A DNA stretch of 64,000 bases, from NCBI GenBank assembly GCA_030704615.1, contig CM060733.1, positions 43,648,001 to 43,712,000 of the forward strand, in the 5' to 3' direction. This document shows positions 10,012-21,700 of this stretch, one piece after another; positions within the stretch are counted from its first letter, which is position 1, and every line of letters starts with the position of its first letter. The stretch comes from Takakia lepidozioides. Taxonomy: Eukaryota; Plantae; Bryophyta. The position numbers and the translations under genes are program-made. Under the pieces are notes generated by a model that did not search any database, was not told the origin of the DNA, and saw only the letters and a list, made by a program, of their open reading frames with translations.

Positions 10012-13000
10012 TCAACGCTTCTTCCGCTTTTGAGGTCGCCCTTCGAACGCTGCAACTGCCTCGGATGCGTTTCCCATTTCTGAGGCACGCACCCAAGATG
10101 CCTCCACAAGATGATAGCCCTTCCATTTGACGAGATACTCCGTTTCTCGGTTCTTGAACCTCCTCGACTTAAGTATTGCCTCCACCTCGTACTCGGGTTC
10201 ATTTTCATGATCCAACAGCATAGGTGGCGGACGCAACACTTGCTGCCGATTCGGACGTGCTTCATCTTTGAAGTAAGGCTTCAAAAGGGAGACATGGAAT
10301 ACTGGGTGCACCTTGCTGTTTGCAGGCAGCTCCAATTCATACACATCCTCATTCATAACCCTCCGAATGCGAAAGGGACCCGCATACGGAGGTACGAACT
10401 TCGGACTCATTTCCGGAGGTAGTCGAAAATTCTTGATGTTCAACCAGACCTCTGTGCCTGCCTCAAACTTCACTTCCCTCCGCTTCCGATTCGCCTGCCT
10501 TTCATACCGTTTCCTAGCTTTGGCAATGTTGTACTTTGCGAGCTTCAACAAACGCTCGCGTTCTTCCAGTACCGCCGCTACTGCCGGTTCCTCAACGTCC
10601 TGGGCGGCCCAACTTGTCGGCACCAGAGGTGCTTTTCCATAGACCAACACAAAAGGGGAAACTCCCGTCGCGGAGTGTTCTGTGTTATTATAACAGAACT
10701 CTGCCGCGTCTAAGTGTTCCATCCAGTCTGATTGGTCTGCCGACACGTAATTCCGCAAGAATTGCTTCACTACGGAATTCACTCTTTCCGTTTGGCCGTC
10801 CGTCGTAGGTCGGAAGGCGGTGCTCATCTTCAGCCTCGTCCCCATCTTCTTCCAAAGTGCTCTCCAGAATTTACTCGTAAACTTTGGGTCGCGGTCCGAG
10901 ACAATATCCTTCGGGACTCCATGATGCTTTAAGACGTGGGCGAAGTAAAGTCGCCCTGTCTCCTGCGCAGTTGCCGTCTCCTTGGTGGGGATGAAATGGG
11001 CCATTTTACTGAACCTATCTACCACCACCATGATTGCATCGAATCCTTTTGACAGCGGCATAGCAGTCATGAAATCCATCGAGACGCTTTCCCAAGTCCC
11101 CTCTGGAATCGGCAAGGGTTGTAACAGCCCCGCTTGCTTTTTATACTCGCTCCGGTTTTGTTGGCATGTGGTGCATGTCTTTACATACTCCTCTGCCTCC
11201 TCCCTCAGTTTGGGCCAGAAATACTCTTTCTTCAAGAGTGCCGCAGTGCGCTTGGCTCCACCGTGGCCCGCAAGCGGGCTATCATGGCATTCTCTCAAGA
11301 GACTATCCCTGATCCCTCCCTTTGGCACATAGAGACGTTTTTGCTTATACCGGAGCAGTCCGTTTTGCAAGTGGAACTGCGATTTAACCCCCATTCTCAA
11401 GTTCTGCATCACGCACTTTGCCAGCTCATCCTTCCGGCAAGCCTTCCGGATCTTCCTTTGGAGCGCCGTCTCGCCCTTGTACACCAACAAGAGCTGCTGC
11501 TTTCTACTTAAAGCATCGGCCACCACATTGTCCCGTCCCGGTTTGTACTGGATATCCACGTCGAACACTGCCAAAGTATCTTGCCACCTAAGTTGTTTTG
11601 GGGACAACTTGGGCTGCGTGGCAAAATACTTCACCGTGACATTGTCCGTGAACACCTTCACTGGGTTGGAACCAACATAGTGGCGCCAGAGTTCAAGGCA
11701 ATGTACCACCGCCTTCATCTCTTTTTCGTGCGTCGGCCACCGTCGCTCCACTTCATTCAGTTTCTTACTTTCGTAAGCCACTGGACGTCCATCTTGCATA
11801 AGTACACCCCCAATTGCGAAGTCCGATGCATCTGTATGAATCTCAAACGGACGATCGAACTCCGGGATTTTTAAGACTGGAGCTTCCGTCATCCGCTGCT
11901 TCAATTCAGCAAAAGCTTGGCCACAAAATGTGTTCCATACCCAGACTTTGGATTTACACAGAAGGTCCGACAGCGGCCCCGCGATCTTGGCGAAATTTCT
12001 CACATACTTCCGGTAATAGGAGGCGAGTCCTAGGAAGGATCGCACTCCCGGGACCGAAGTCGGAGGCTCCCAGTCCAAGATCGCCCTCACCTTTCTGTCA
12101 TCCATTTTGATCCCATCCTGTGTAATCACGTGCCCCAAGAACTCCACTTTTGTGACCCCGAATTCGCACTTTGAAGCTTTGGCATACAGCTTCCCTTCTC
12201 GCAATTTTTGGAACACCCTTTTGAGGTGCTCCAGGTGCTCCTCCTTTGTTTTCGAGTACACCAAGATGTCGTCGATGTACACGATCACAAAGTCATCCAA
12301 CCACTCCTGGAAAAGGCTGTTCATCAGCGTGCTAAATGTCGCTGGTGCATTGGTGAGCCCAAAAGGCATCACCAAGAACTCATATGAACCATACCTTGTC
12401 CTGCACGCGGTCTTCTCCTCATCTCCTTCCGCCACCCGAATTTGGTGATAGCCGGAGCGCAAGTCGATCCGGCTGAAATACTTCGCTCCTGCCAACCGAT
12501 CGAAGAGGTCGTCGATCCTTGGCAAAGGGTACCGGTTTTTGATAGTCACCTTATTCAGAGCCCTGTAATCGACACACATCCGCAGCGTCCCATCCTTCTT
12601 GTCTGCAAATAGCACCGGGGCTCCGTAAGGTGACTTACTCGGCCGGATGTACCCCTTTGACATTAGATCTTTGAGCTGAGTCTTCAGCTCGACCAACTCT
12701 TTGTGGCTCAACCGGTAGGGCGCCTTGGCAGGCGGTTCCGATCCCGGTATCACCTCAATTTTGTGGTCAACTCCTCTTCGCGGTGGCAAGCCGCTTGGTA
12801 AATCCTCCGGCATCACATCCTGGTATTTCTCCAAAATCCCCTTGATCCAATCTGGGCTCGGCTCCCCATCGCCTTCTCCTTTCACTTCTCTAATGTAAAG
12901 CAAAAACTGGGACTCGTGTGTCTCCTCCACGGCCCACTCCTTTGCTGATAGAAGGTTTATTCGCCCTCCCACGGATTTGGGCGTTTCCGACACTCGTAAA

Positions 13001-14574
13001 ACCTCGCCACCATTCCCACATGGCAGCGTGACTACTCTCTTGCGGCCATCTATGACCGCTCCGGATTTGCTCAAAAAGGTCATTCCCAAAATGAGATCCA
13101 CTCCATCGATCTCGCAGATAGTGAAGTTCTCACGTCCCTCCCAACTCCCCAGTTGAAGAGGAACATCAAACGCCAACCTTGTCGCCAACTGAGGTTCTCC
13201 TTTGGCAGAGCGCACCTCAATAGAGGCCCCCACGTCACTTGTCGGGAGTCCCAACTTTCGCGCCGCCGCCGGCGTCATGAAGGAGTGCGACGCTCCTGTG
13301 TCCACCAACAACGACACATTAGTTCCGGATATTATCCCATCCACGAACAATAACTGACTCCCTTTTCGTAAGGCGCCAGTTTCCTGATACAACTCACAAG
13401 AAAATTTGCCTACCTTGCAAGTCCTGGCGACCACCGCTTCCACCAAGCGACTGATGGTATCTTCCGACAGCTCCGTGGTCGCCCGAGTCATGTTCAATTG
13501 CCGGGGCTTCGTGCACTTCTTGGCCATGTGCCCGGGCTCCCCGCAATTGAAACACACTCCATCAAAGGTCGCCTTCTGTCCGCCATAAGTCGCTCCACCC
13601 GCTTTTCCTTTCGAAGCACCGGGTGCCGCCTTGACGTGTGAAGGACCTCCCTTCGATTTCCACGTGCCATTTTCGCCGCGTGGCCTATCCCACTTCTTTT
13701 CCGGTCGGGAGGAGTCACCTTCCCGCCGGGTCTTCTTGTGGTTCAGCTCCGTACGGCCTTGTCTCTCACCCCTAGGGACATCCGAGAAACATTCAGCTCT
13801 CTCAATTGCCTCGTTCAAAGTCTTGGGTGGCTTCTCCTCCAACTTCCGCCTAGCCCATGGGGCCAGTCCCGCCACAAAGTTGAAGACCATTTCTGGTTCT
13901 GCCATGTCCGCGACTTCGAGCAACAGCACATTGAAAGCCTGGACATACCCCCGAATGTCATCTGTTTGCTTCAAATTCCTCATCTTGTCCCGGGCAAGCC
14001 AGGATGCGTTGAGGGGCACAAACTGTCTCTTCATCAATTCCTTGAACTCACTCCAGTTCAAGGTTTCCGGGCTTGGGCCTCGGTCGTGAAGGCGTTTCTG
14101 CCACCATTGTTGAGCATAGCCCCTCAAATAGGTGGGAGCCACTTCCACCCGATCCTCGTCACTCAACTTGGCCGCCCGGAAGTACTGCTCTAGCTCCAGG
14201 AGCCAGGTGTTGAGTGCCTTCCGGTTTCGAACGCCCTCGAAGGTGCCGGGTTCCTTAGGCTTCACCTTAAACTTTGCCTTGGTGGAAGTGGCATTAGCCG
14301 CCTTCAACACGTCTTTCAACGTCCCGCCAAACTGCGCCAACAACCCTTCCCAAAAGGCTGCCGGCATGGGAGGCATCTCTTGGTTTGTCGGAGCTCTCAA
14401 AGATTCCTCGGGCTCCGACTCCTCGGATTCCTCCCGCTCCTGAGCGGCCTCGTTTTCGGAAACATTAATCGCTTCCTCAAACGGCCGCCTCGGTGACACG
14501 TCGCCCCCATCGGGCTCACCGGGATCATCATCTTTTGGGCCGTTCCGCTTTCGCTTCGGCTTGCCCGACCCCAT
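10012..14574 (-). CDS. Gag-Pol polyprotein (gag, CCHC knuckle, aspartic protease, RT, RNase H, integrase, chromodomain), ~1520 aa
   Basis: Motifs: [14 protein letters not shown]; LVDTGASH; YIDDIL; IHTDASD; HDSPLAGH...CTTCQ; SMDF..SDRD..GQTE; GPF; [21 protein letters not shown]. The first ATG after the PBS is at 14574. Confidence 0.95.
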   Translation of the reverse strand: MGSGKPKRKRNGPKDDDPGEPDGGDVSPRRPFEEAINVSENEAAQEREESEESEPEESLRAPTNQEMPPMPAAFWEGLLAQFGGTLKDVLKAANATSTKAKFKVKPKEPGTFEGVRNRKALNTWLLELEQYFRAAKLSDEDRVEVAPTYLRGYAQQWWQKRLHDRGPSPETLNWSEFKELMKRQFVPLNASWLARDKMRNLKQTDDIRGYVQAFNVLLLEVADMAEPEMVFNFVAGLAPWARRKLEEKPPKTLNEAIERAECFSDVPRGERQGRTELNHKKTRREGDSSRPEKKWDRPRGENGTWKSKGGPSHVKAAPGASKGKAGGATYGGQKATFDGVCFNCGEPGHMAKKCTKPRQLNMTRATTELSEDTISRLVEAVVARTCKVGKFSCELYQETGALRKGSQLLFVDGIISGTNVSLLVDTGASHSFMTPAAARKLGLPTSDVGASIEVRSAKGEPQLATRLAFDVPLQLGSWEGRENFTICEIDGVDLILGMTFLSKSGAVIDGRKRVVTLPCGNGGEVLRVSETPKSVGGRINLLSAKEWAVEETHESQFLLYIREVKGEGDGEPSPDWIKGILEKYQDVMPEDLPSGLPPRRGVDHKIEVIPGSEPPAKAPYRLSHKELVELKTQLKDLMSKGYIRPSKSPYGAPVLFADKKDGTLRMCVDYRALNKVTIKNRYPLPRIDDLFDRLAGAKYFSRIDLRSGYHQIRVAEGDEEKTACRTRYGSYEFLVMPFGLTNAPATFSTLMNSLFQEWLDDFVIVYIDDILVYSKTKEEHLEHLKRVFQKLREGKLYAKASKCEFGVTKVEFLGHVITQDGIKMDDRKVRAILDWEPPTSVPGVRSFLGLASYYRKYVRNFAKIAGPLSDLLCKSKVWVWNTFCGQAFAELKQRMTEAPVLKIPEFDRPFEIHTDASDFAIGGVLMQDGRPVAYESKKLNEVERRWPTHEKEMKAVVHCLELWRHYVGSNPVKVFTDNVTVKYFATQPKLSPKQLRWQDTLAVFDVDIQYKPGRDNVVADALSRKQQLLLVYKGETALQRKIRKACRKDELAKCVMQNLRMGVKSQFHLQNGLLRYKQKRLYVPKGGIRDSLLRECHDSPLAGHGGAKRTAALLKKEYFWPKLREEAEEYVKTCTTCQQNRSEYKKQAGLLQPLPIPEGTWESVSMDFMTAMPLSKGFDAIMVVVDRFSKMAHFIPTKETATAQETGRLYFAHVLKHHGVPKDIVSDRDPKFTSKFWRALWKKMGTRLKMSTAFRPTTDGQTERVNSVVKQFLRNYVSADQSDWMEHLDAAEFCYNNTEHSATGVSPFVLVYGKAPLVPTSWAAQDVEEPAVAAVLEERERLLKLAKYNIAKARKRYERQANRKRREVKFEAGTEVWLNIKNFRLPPEMSPKFVPPYAGPFRIRRVMNEDVYELELPANSKVHPVFHVSLLKPYFKDEARPNRQQVLRPPPMLLDHENEPEYEVEAILKSRRFKNRETEYLVKWKGYHLVEASWVRASEMGNASEAVAAFEGRPQKRKKR

Positions 14575-14615
14575 GATGAGGCCAATCCCAAGGACGATCG
14601 CGTACTGAACTCTAA

Positions 14616-14627
14616 GCTCTGATACCA
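14616..14627 (-). promoter_or_regulatory. Primer-binding site (initiator tRNA-Met)
   Basis: TGGTATCAGAGC on the minus strand, 2 nt downstream of the 5' LTR. Confidence 0.92.
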
Positions 14628-14629
14628 AG

Positions 14630-15351
14630 TGTCGCACACCTCAGTTCGGTAAACTCCCCTTCAAGTCATAGTTACTCGCTTTGATGCGCGCGCTGACTCC
14701 CAACCTGGCCGCCGGGCCAACTTGGAGTTTCGGCTGCTCACCGGGACATAACGGTCCCCTTCCGCTTCCCTCTAAACCCTCCACCTATTTGGGACTAGGA
14801 GAATTCCCTTTGGTAGATGGCAGTCCGGAACAGCTCCCCACTCTTTGGTCGCTTTCCGGCTCGCTCGCTTACTCACTAGTTTTTGGTCACCAACGGGCTT
14901 GCACCGTTCTCGGGGTTACTACTCCCTATATATACTTCTGTAGCTGTCCGCGGGGTTTCATAACCAGCCATGCCATTTTATGGCGAACCACCACGAAAAC
15001 CCTCGACTCCCGGTGGTGAGTCGCGGTGAGTCTTGGCCCACTCACCGCGGCCCCAATGGACCGTGATGAGTCCCAAGACTCCCCACGACTCCCACCTCGA
15101 GGTCTCCACCCCATGGTGAGTCCTATGCCACCCCCACTAAGTCCCACTAAGCTACCACCACCCCTTGTGGAGCCACCTCCACCGCAACCCGGTGTGCGGG
15201 GCTCCACCTAGTGAGCGCCTCCGCCTCCTTGAGTGCCTTGGGCACTCAAGGGTGCTTCAGCCCCCCATACCTATCGCTGCCGCTGCCCCCACCACAGGGG
15301 CAGCCCCTCATGTGTCCCGACCCCCTGCCCTCAAGGCAAAGGGCCGCGACA
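14630..15351 (-). repeat. 5' LTR
   Basis: A 722-bp copy of 8383-9106, flanked by the TSD and the PBS. Confidence 0.93.
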
Positions 15352-15663
15352 TTGAGAGCAATGGGCTCTGCTCTCTTTTAGTCATCATATGTTTATACGT
15401 TGTTGCAGGTGTGTGAGGCCAGTACCTTGGTCCTAAGGTTTACTTTTGTAGTGCCAATGTAATGAAGCTGAATGTGGGGTCACTAGAATAACATGAGCAG
15501 GTTGTGTGCAGTGCAGTATATGCAAGTGTATCTTTTTCCATGCTCACTAATATTATTCTAATCTTTATGATACTCTGCTTATAAGGTGCTGACATAAGTC
15601 CTTGTGTCTGGTAGATGTGTATCCTTCTTGAGCTTGCATGTGGAAAGTGTTGCTAACTACTTC

Positions 15664-16914
15664 TCACAAACAATATAGAAGGGAGGCCAAACCCTGATCC
15701 TCCAGCACTTCCTCAATGCCTTCAGCAACCTCTATGGCCTTCTTCATCTCCTCCTCATCGTGTGGCATGGTTAAGTCATCCACCAGCTCATCTCCAGACG
15801 TGCTATGCCACTCATCCTCTTCAGACTCGGAGCTCTCACTGGTTGAATCCTCAATACTTGACTCAGGCTCCACCTCCACCAGATTGAACGGGTTGGAGAT
15901 GTTCAATATCCCTTCCTCCTGACCAAAACTCCATTTTCCTTTGCCCTCACATCTTGACAATTTTGCAGCTCTTCCACACTCTGGCTCACATTGATCACAT
16001 TGATTGATAGTGTGCAATGGAAATTGGGCCACATCCTTTCTAGGGCCACAACGTATTCTCATGGTCTCATTTTCAGTGTCGACCACAGCTTCAAATTTCT
16101 TGAGAAAATCCATCCCTAGCAGCATATGATACGTACTACCATGAACGACATTAACCGATTGGTGAGTTCCCCCACCGCTACCTTCAAGTCTTCGAGCCTC
16201 CCCATGGCTGTTTCCGCAGCTCCCGAAGCAACTCTGTAGGTCATATCCTTGTCACTGACCATTGAATCCATCAAGCCTAGATTCCTCACAGTATTGGCAG
16301 CCATTACCGACAGCATAGCTCCAGTGTCAACCTGGCCCAGGACCTGATGCCCTCAAATTGATGTCATGGCATGCAGGGCCTTTACCCTCCCCGAGTGGAT
16401 ATAAGAAATATCATAACCAGGCTCTTTCTTTGGATTTGCACAAAGGCAATATTCCTTGGCTGGACCCCTGGTTTCAATTTAGTTGCAGCAACCACATTTG
16501 TTGCCTCCTTTTGCTGATGCACAACCTTTTCAACAACTTTAACAAGACATTTCAGTTTTTCCACTATCCGGGCACTGACAGTATCAAGTCCATTGGTGAT
16601 AAGGAAATCCTCCCTTTGTAAAAATGGTTGAGGATCCTTAACTTTGTACCTCCTTCCACATTTTTTCGCGTTCTGGGCACAATTCTCTCACCGATTGGTG
16701 TTGCAGGTCCTAATCCCAACTCAAAGCTAGACTTTGATCCTCCAGTAGCATCAGATACAGGCATGGATATCGGTGTTCTATTCCTAGGAAGCCTCGCTTC
16801 ATTGACATCCCTTTCCTTGATCAGGGCAGTCGTCTCAGCTAGAATTTTGTCCTCGTCGTCACAGTAGACCTCCACAAAGTTTGTTGAAGGATTGTTGTGA
16901 GTGGTTTGCTCCAA
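15664..16914 (-). pseudogene. Degraded Gypsy gag-protease fragment
   Basis: Reads GQVDTGAMLSVM...ASG..ETAMG...LLGMDFLKKFEAVVD across frameshifts. The upstream part (16382-16914) is less certain. Confidence 0.6.
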
Positions 16915-18521
16915 TTTGCGGTGCCAGGGTTGACAAATTGGTTATTGTCTACACAAACAATGTAGCTACTGCGAGAGAGGAGAGCAAGTGACGCATCGGC
17001 ATGGTACGAGAAGAATCTGTTGTCTGAAGAATCTGCCTCAGAGGTCCAATCTAGACGCCGCGAGGAACTCCGACTCCGACGGTTGGGATGGATCCGATGA
17101 TGTGGGCAATCCTCTACATGACCCATATGAATTTAATGACGATGATGCTGCATGCATCCATCCTTCGATGACCTTGTTGTTGATGAACTGCGACATGGTG
17201 TCACAATTGCGGACCCCCTTCCCCCAGTGGAGCACACTCTCAACAATGAAGTTGAGGTGAACCTCCCCCCACCACGAGTTCCACGGACTGCGGGAGATGT
17301 GTAGGTCAAATCATCGGATGATGACAACCGGCCGTTGTCATTCCTTCACCGACATCGTGCCCCTGTGAACCGTGCTTCATCTCACCCCGCTCCATCTCTT
17401 GTTTCTCTTTCTCAAGCCGGTCCATCCCATGCTGGTCCATCTAGTCTCTCTCCCCCCCATGTAATTCATTCCATCGCTACTCCGATCCTGGGAGATGGTT
17501 CTTCTGCTGCGGGACTTCTGCAAGTCGAACCATCGGATGACGACGACCGGCCATTGTCGTTTCATCTGGCCCGACGACGTCCGCATGTGAACCGTGCTCC
17601 CTCGACCCTCGCTGGTCCATCTCATGCCCCTTCCTCTCATGTCGGCCCCTCTGATGTACGTGCGAGTAGCCTTCCTCATACGAGACCTGTTCCAAAACCA
17701 CCACGAAATCCGGGATAAGCCCAGAAACGGCAGAGAATTGTGCAACCTTTTGTTGATGACCGACCTGTGAACAGGCCTAATACCCTAGATGGTATTCATG
17801 ATAGGAGTGGAAATCGACCAGAAAGACAACTGAACGTACTTCGAGGACGACTACAGGTCCAACGGCCAGTTGCCTCTGGAGACGAAAGAACAGATGGAGA
17901 TCATGATTCTAGCACTGATCATGGGAACGGGGGTGAAGTGAGTAGGGACGAAGATTTTGTACTAGGCGCGAGATCATACCATCGTCGTCGTGCCAGACGG
18001 AATTAGGTACAGCTATAACTTCTGTCACATGATGTGTAGTATGTTTCCATGGATATCCATGTTTCAGTTTGGGTAATGCATATGTGTACGGAAATAAAAA
18101 TGGTGGAATATGTGTACCCAAGAAAGGGTTTTTGGTGGTTGTGCGTGTGTTTTGTGTTTCTCATTACCTTTACATTTTGATTTCTATTATGGTTTCGAAA
18201 GCCACAAAGGCCAGGTGCAGCTCCCAACATTCATCTTCCCCTTCACAATTCCATGGGGAGTCGATACATGTGATTTTCATCTGCCTCTCCAAACATACAT
18301 ACAGGTGCAAGGGGACCAACCTCTTGGTGGTCGCACCTATTTTTTTTAAAACAATTGTGTGACCACCAGTAGCGGTCGTCGCAACTGTTAAAATAAAAGA
18401 AAAATGTTGCGACCACCCCCCTACTGGTAGTCGCACCTATTTACTGATTTATTACCCTTGCTGGTGGTCGCAGAATTTTTTTTATTTTTTATTTTTTATT
18501 TTTTTGGGAAACATCTGGGAG

Positions 18522-18582
18522 GGGGGCTGCTATTTCATGAGCGGCATGAGCATGAGCGGAAAAAAAAAAAAGCATGAGCAGA
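18522..18582 (+). repeat. Left TIR built of (GGC)ATGAGC units
   Basis: The same terminus recurs at 35220 and 45356. Confidence 0.85.
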
Positions 18583-18739
18583 CCATTGTGAGTCCACGGA
18601 AATAGGGTTAGGAGGCATGGAAATAGGGTCATGTGAAGTTGGAATGTGGCACCAGTGGACTTGAAATGCAACATTTTATTGCAAATTTTGTGGCAAGCCA
18701 CGTCTATACAAGTGTGTTCTAACTGTCATAGCCAGAATG

Positions 18740-21700
18740 GGCACTACTCTCCTACACCCTCCGAGGAACTTGCCCCACCTTCTTCCTCATCCTCTCCTCA
18801 TCCCCCTCTCGTCCTCGAGCTCTGTGATGCATCAATTCCACTATGCCTCTCAAAAATCCCGTCCTCTCCTTGGGGGACTGTCCACCTCACCTCCTGGGAA
18901 TCTTCTGCGTCTTCTCCCCCACTTTCCTCAGCAGAATCCAACACAAATCTACGAGCCCGACGGGCTCTAATAGCTGCTGCCTCCTCCCTCATCTTCATTT
19001 TCTTGAGGCTTGCCTCGTCTAAAATCTGCTGTACACGACTACGTTCGGAACACCTCCTAATGGACACCGAAGCAAGCCGGGCAGCATAAGTAGGAATGAT
19101 GTGTACTCCCTTTCTGGACTAGGCATGAAATCCCCCCTGGCAAAAAAAAGCACGTTCCTCCTGCCCATGAACTCCGGTGTAGACGTCCCTCCGGCAGTAC
19201 TTGGCATCCTACAGTAAGAACAAATCCACTTCAAGAATGTCAATACCAGCACAACCAGAAAGGGTTTTCAATGAAATAAGAGAGCGGAGGGAGGTGCCTC
19301 ACAAAATCTGGAGGCAACTTACAATGCCACCACTCACTCGTAAACCGGGGGCTCCTCGGCCTCGATCCCAACTTCCTCCCCCTGCTCCTTCTCGGATTTT
19401 TCCTCATCCTCCGAGGATGCCTCTTCCTCTTTCGGCAGACGTTCAGCCGCTGCAAGTTCCGAGTTGTGGAGGGCAGTATCTGGCTCGAAGGCGAACACAT
19501 GCCTGTCGGACAACGTCCCTGCCCACATTGAAGCACCTGAGGAACAAGCGGGCGGTTAATAGCTTGCGGCATGCAATTGCAATCGGGCCAGGGACAAACT
19601 GAGCACGTGAAGGCTTACACGTGCCGCATGTGAGGTCCAGAATCCGCCCTTGGACATCCGAGCACGTCTCCATGAGGGTTTGGATGAAAGCAGGGCTCCG
19701 GTCCGGCTGTACCGCCACGGTTTGCCTGTCTTTGTGTCCTTCGGCATACTAGAGTGGGGCACATAGTTGTAGAGGACATCGTAGGTTACAGGGTCCACAG
19801 CGGCATCAACAAGACGACCGTCGTTGCGGAATTTGAACGTAGACCATCTCTTCACAAAGCAATATGCCTCAAACACCAATGTCTGCACATCCAACAAAGA
19901 AGGGATCAATTCCAGGGTCTACTTAACATACACCACAATATGAAGTGAATGCAATAGATTGATAACTTACACTTTGGCCCTCTGTTCGCAACCCCTGCGT
20001 ACTGATGCAGAACCATTTTCTGAGGAGGACCGGGGTGACACTTTTCGGTGTCCACCTTGCCACCGCATTCTCTCTGGTCTTCCCTCTCGTGGCAAGGACA
20101 ACCACACATCCACCATCATCCAGAAGCATCCCCGCCAGCCCAAACCCGGCTTTCCAGTGGTCCTCAGTAAACCTGTTCCAGGTGGGCACACCATCCAGGC
20201 CCTCCAGCAACTCCCCATCTGGAATGTCGAGGAGAATCATGTCGCAAGCTCTCTCCACCTCACCCCCCCCCCCGAGTGCTCTTGCAAGTCGTGCTCACAT
20301 CCGTGAAGAATTCCATCATGGCTTCAAACCAGGGGTGTCTTTAGGCTCTGTACCGCCAGCCCTCTTCTTGGCTTTCCCCTTCTGCTCCGCCAGAGACTTG
20401 TTGTGTGCCACCTTCTTCGCCCTGGCAGTGAGAGCGTCAAGGAAGCTCTCATTGACGCATTGGATGATGGTTGGAGGTTCTAGCTTTGGCCTGTGCGTAA
20501 ACGTCACCGCCGAATACCGGCGTGTAGGCTCGCCCTCAAATGCCAACTTCTTGGCAGAGCCAGTCCCACTCCGAACTGACTTGGAACCCGGACGACCGGT
20601 GACTGGGTAGGAGCAACAGCAGTCGCAGGACCTTGAACAAAGTCGTCGTCCGAGTCACTCTCTTGGGTCCCCTCCTGCTCCTCCTCCGATGCCCCGATGG
20701 TTTTTCTTTTCTTTTGGGTGTTACTGCAGTCACCTGTTTCCTTGTCCTTTTCCTTTGACCTTACTCTTCTCATGCAATTTCTCCTGAATTCCTGCCTGAG
20801 CAAGCTCTGCCGCTTTCCTGGAGTTCGCAAGCGCTTTTGCCTCTTTTGCACCCAACGGAGGCAGCGGAGCCCGGTTTCGTCGGAATTCAGCATCAGCTTC
20901 CAGCTCAATGAAAACTCGGATGGTTCGAGCGAGCCGGGCGGAAGGTCCACATACCAAGGGCAATCACGCAAATGTTCCAGATGCCACTCCTTCACAATAT
21001 CGTCAGTGTACATGGAGTCAGCCCCAGGGTTCCTCCATGCCAGGAAGAATGGTGGCTCGAAAGACAGATGACCTTTCTCCAAAAGGGAGAACTTGCAGTA
21101 CCTGCATTCATGAAAAACACAATGAGGTCCCTGAAATGCATATTCGGCACCATTTTCCCAGGTTGGGGCGGATGTGAGTGGCCTAGAAATGGAAAAATGG
21201 CGCCGAATTTCGGTTTTCGGTGACTGCCACCCTAGGGACTTAGCCATCTTGGGAGCCCTGAATTGGAAATTCGGCGCCATTTTTTCCCGGTTGGCCCGAA
21301 GATGTAAGTCCCAGAACCGCAATAGGGCCTAGAACTGGAAAAATGGCGCCGAATTTCCAGTTCAGGGCCAGCCACCCTACGGACTTAGCCCGGAAATGGC
21401 TAAGTCCCTGAACGGCAATAGGGCCTAGAACTGGAAAATGACGCCGAATTTCCACTTCGGGGCCAGCCACCCTAGGGACTTAGCCCGAAAATGGCTAAGT
21501 CCCTGAACGGCAATAGGCCCTACAACTGGAAAATGGCGCTGAATTTCCACTTCAGGGCCAGCCAGTCTAGGGACTTAGCCCGAAATGGCTAAGTCCCTGA
21601 ACGGCAATAGGGCCTGGAACTGGAAAATGGCGCCGAATTTCCAGTTCAGGGCCAGCCAGTCTAGGGACTTAGCCCGAAAATGGCTAAGTCCCTGGACGGC

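Larger units (their letters stand above)
8383..15351 (-). mobile_element. Intact Ty3/Gypsy chromovirus LTR retrotransposon (Galadriel-like)
   Basis: TG..CA LTRs with TGTCGC/GCGACA terminal inverted repeats. 5-bp TSD TTGAG at 8378-8382 and 15352-15356. tRNA-Met PBS. Uninterrupted gag-pol ending in a chromodomain. The clade call is from motif resemblance only. Confidence 0.95.

Noticed and set aside
14575-14637. Upstream GTG start of gag-pol given in the ORF track
   Set aside because: It lies in the LTR/PBS. The ATG at 14574 is the plausible start.
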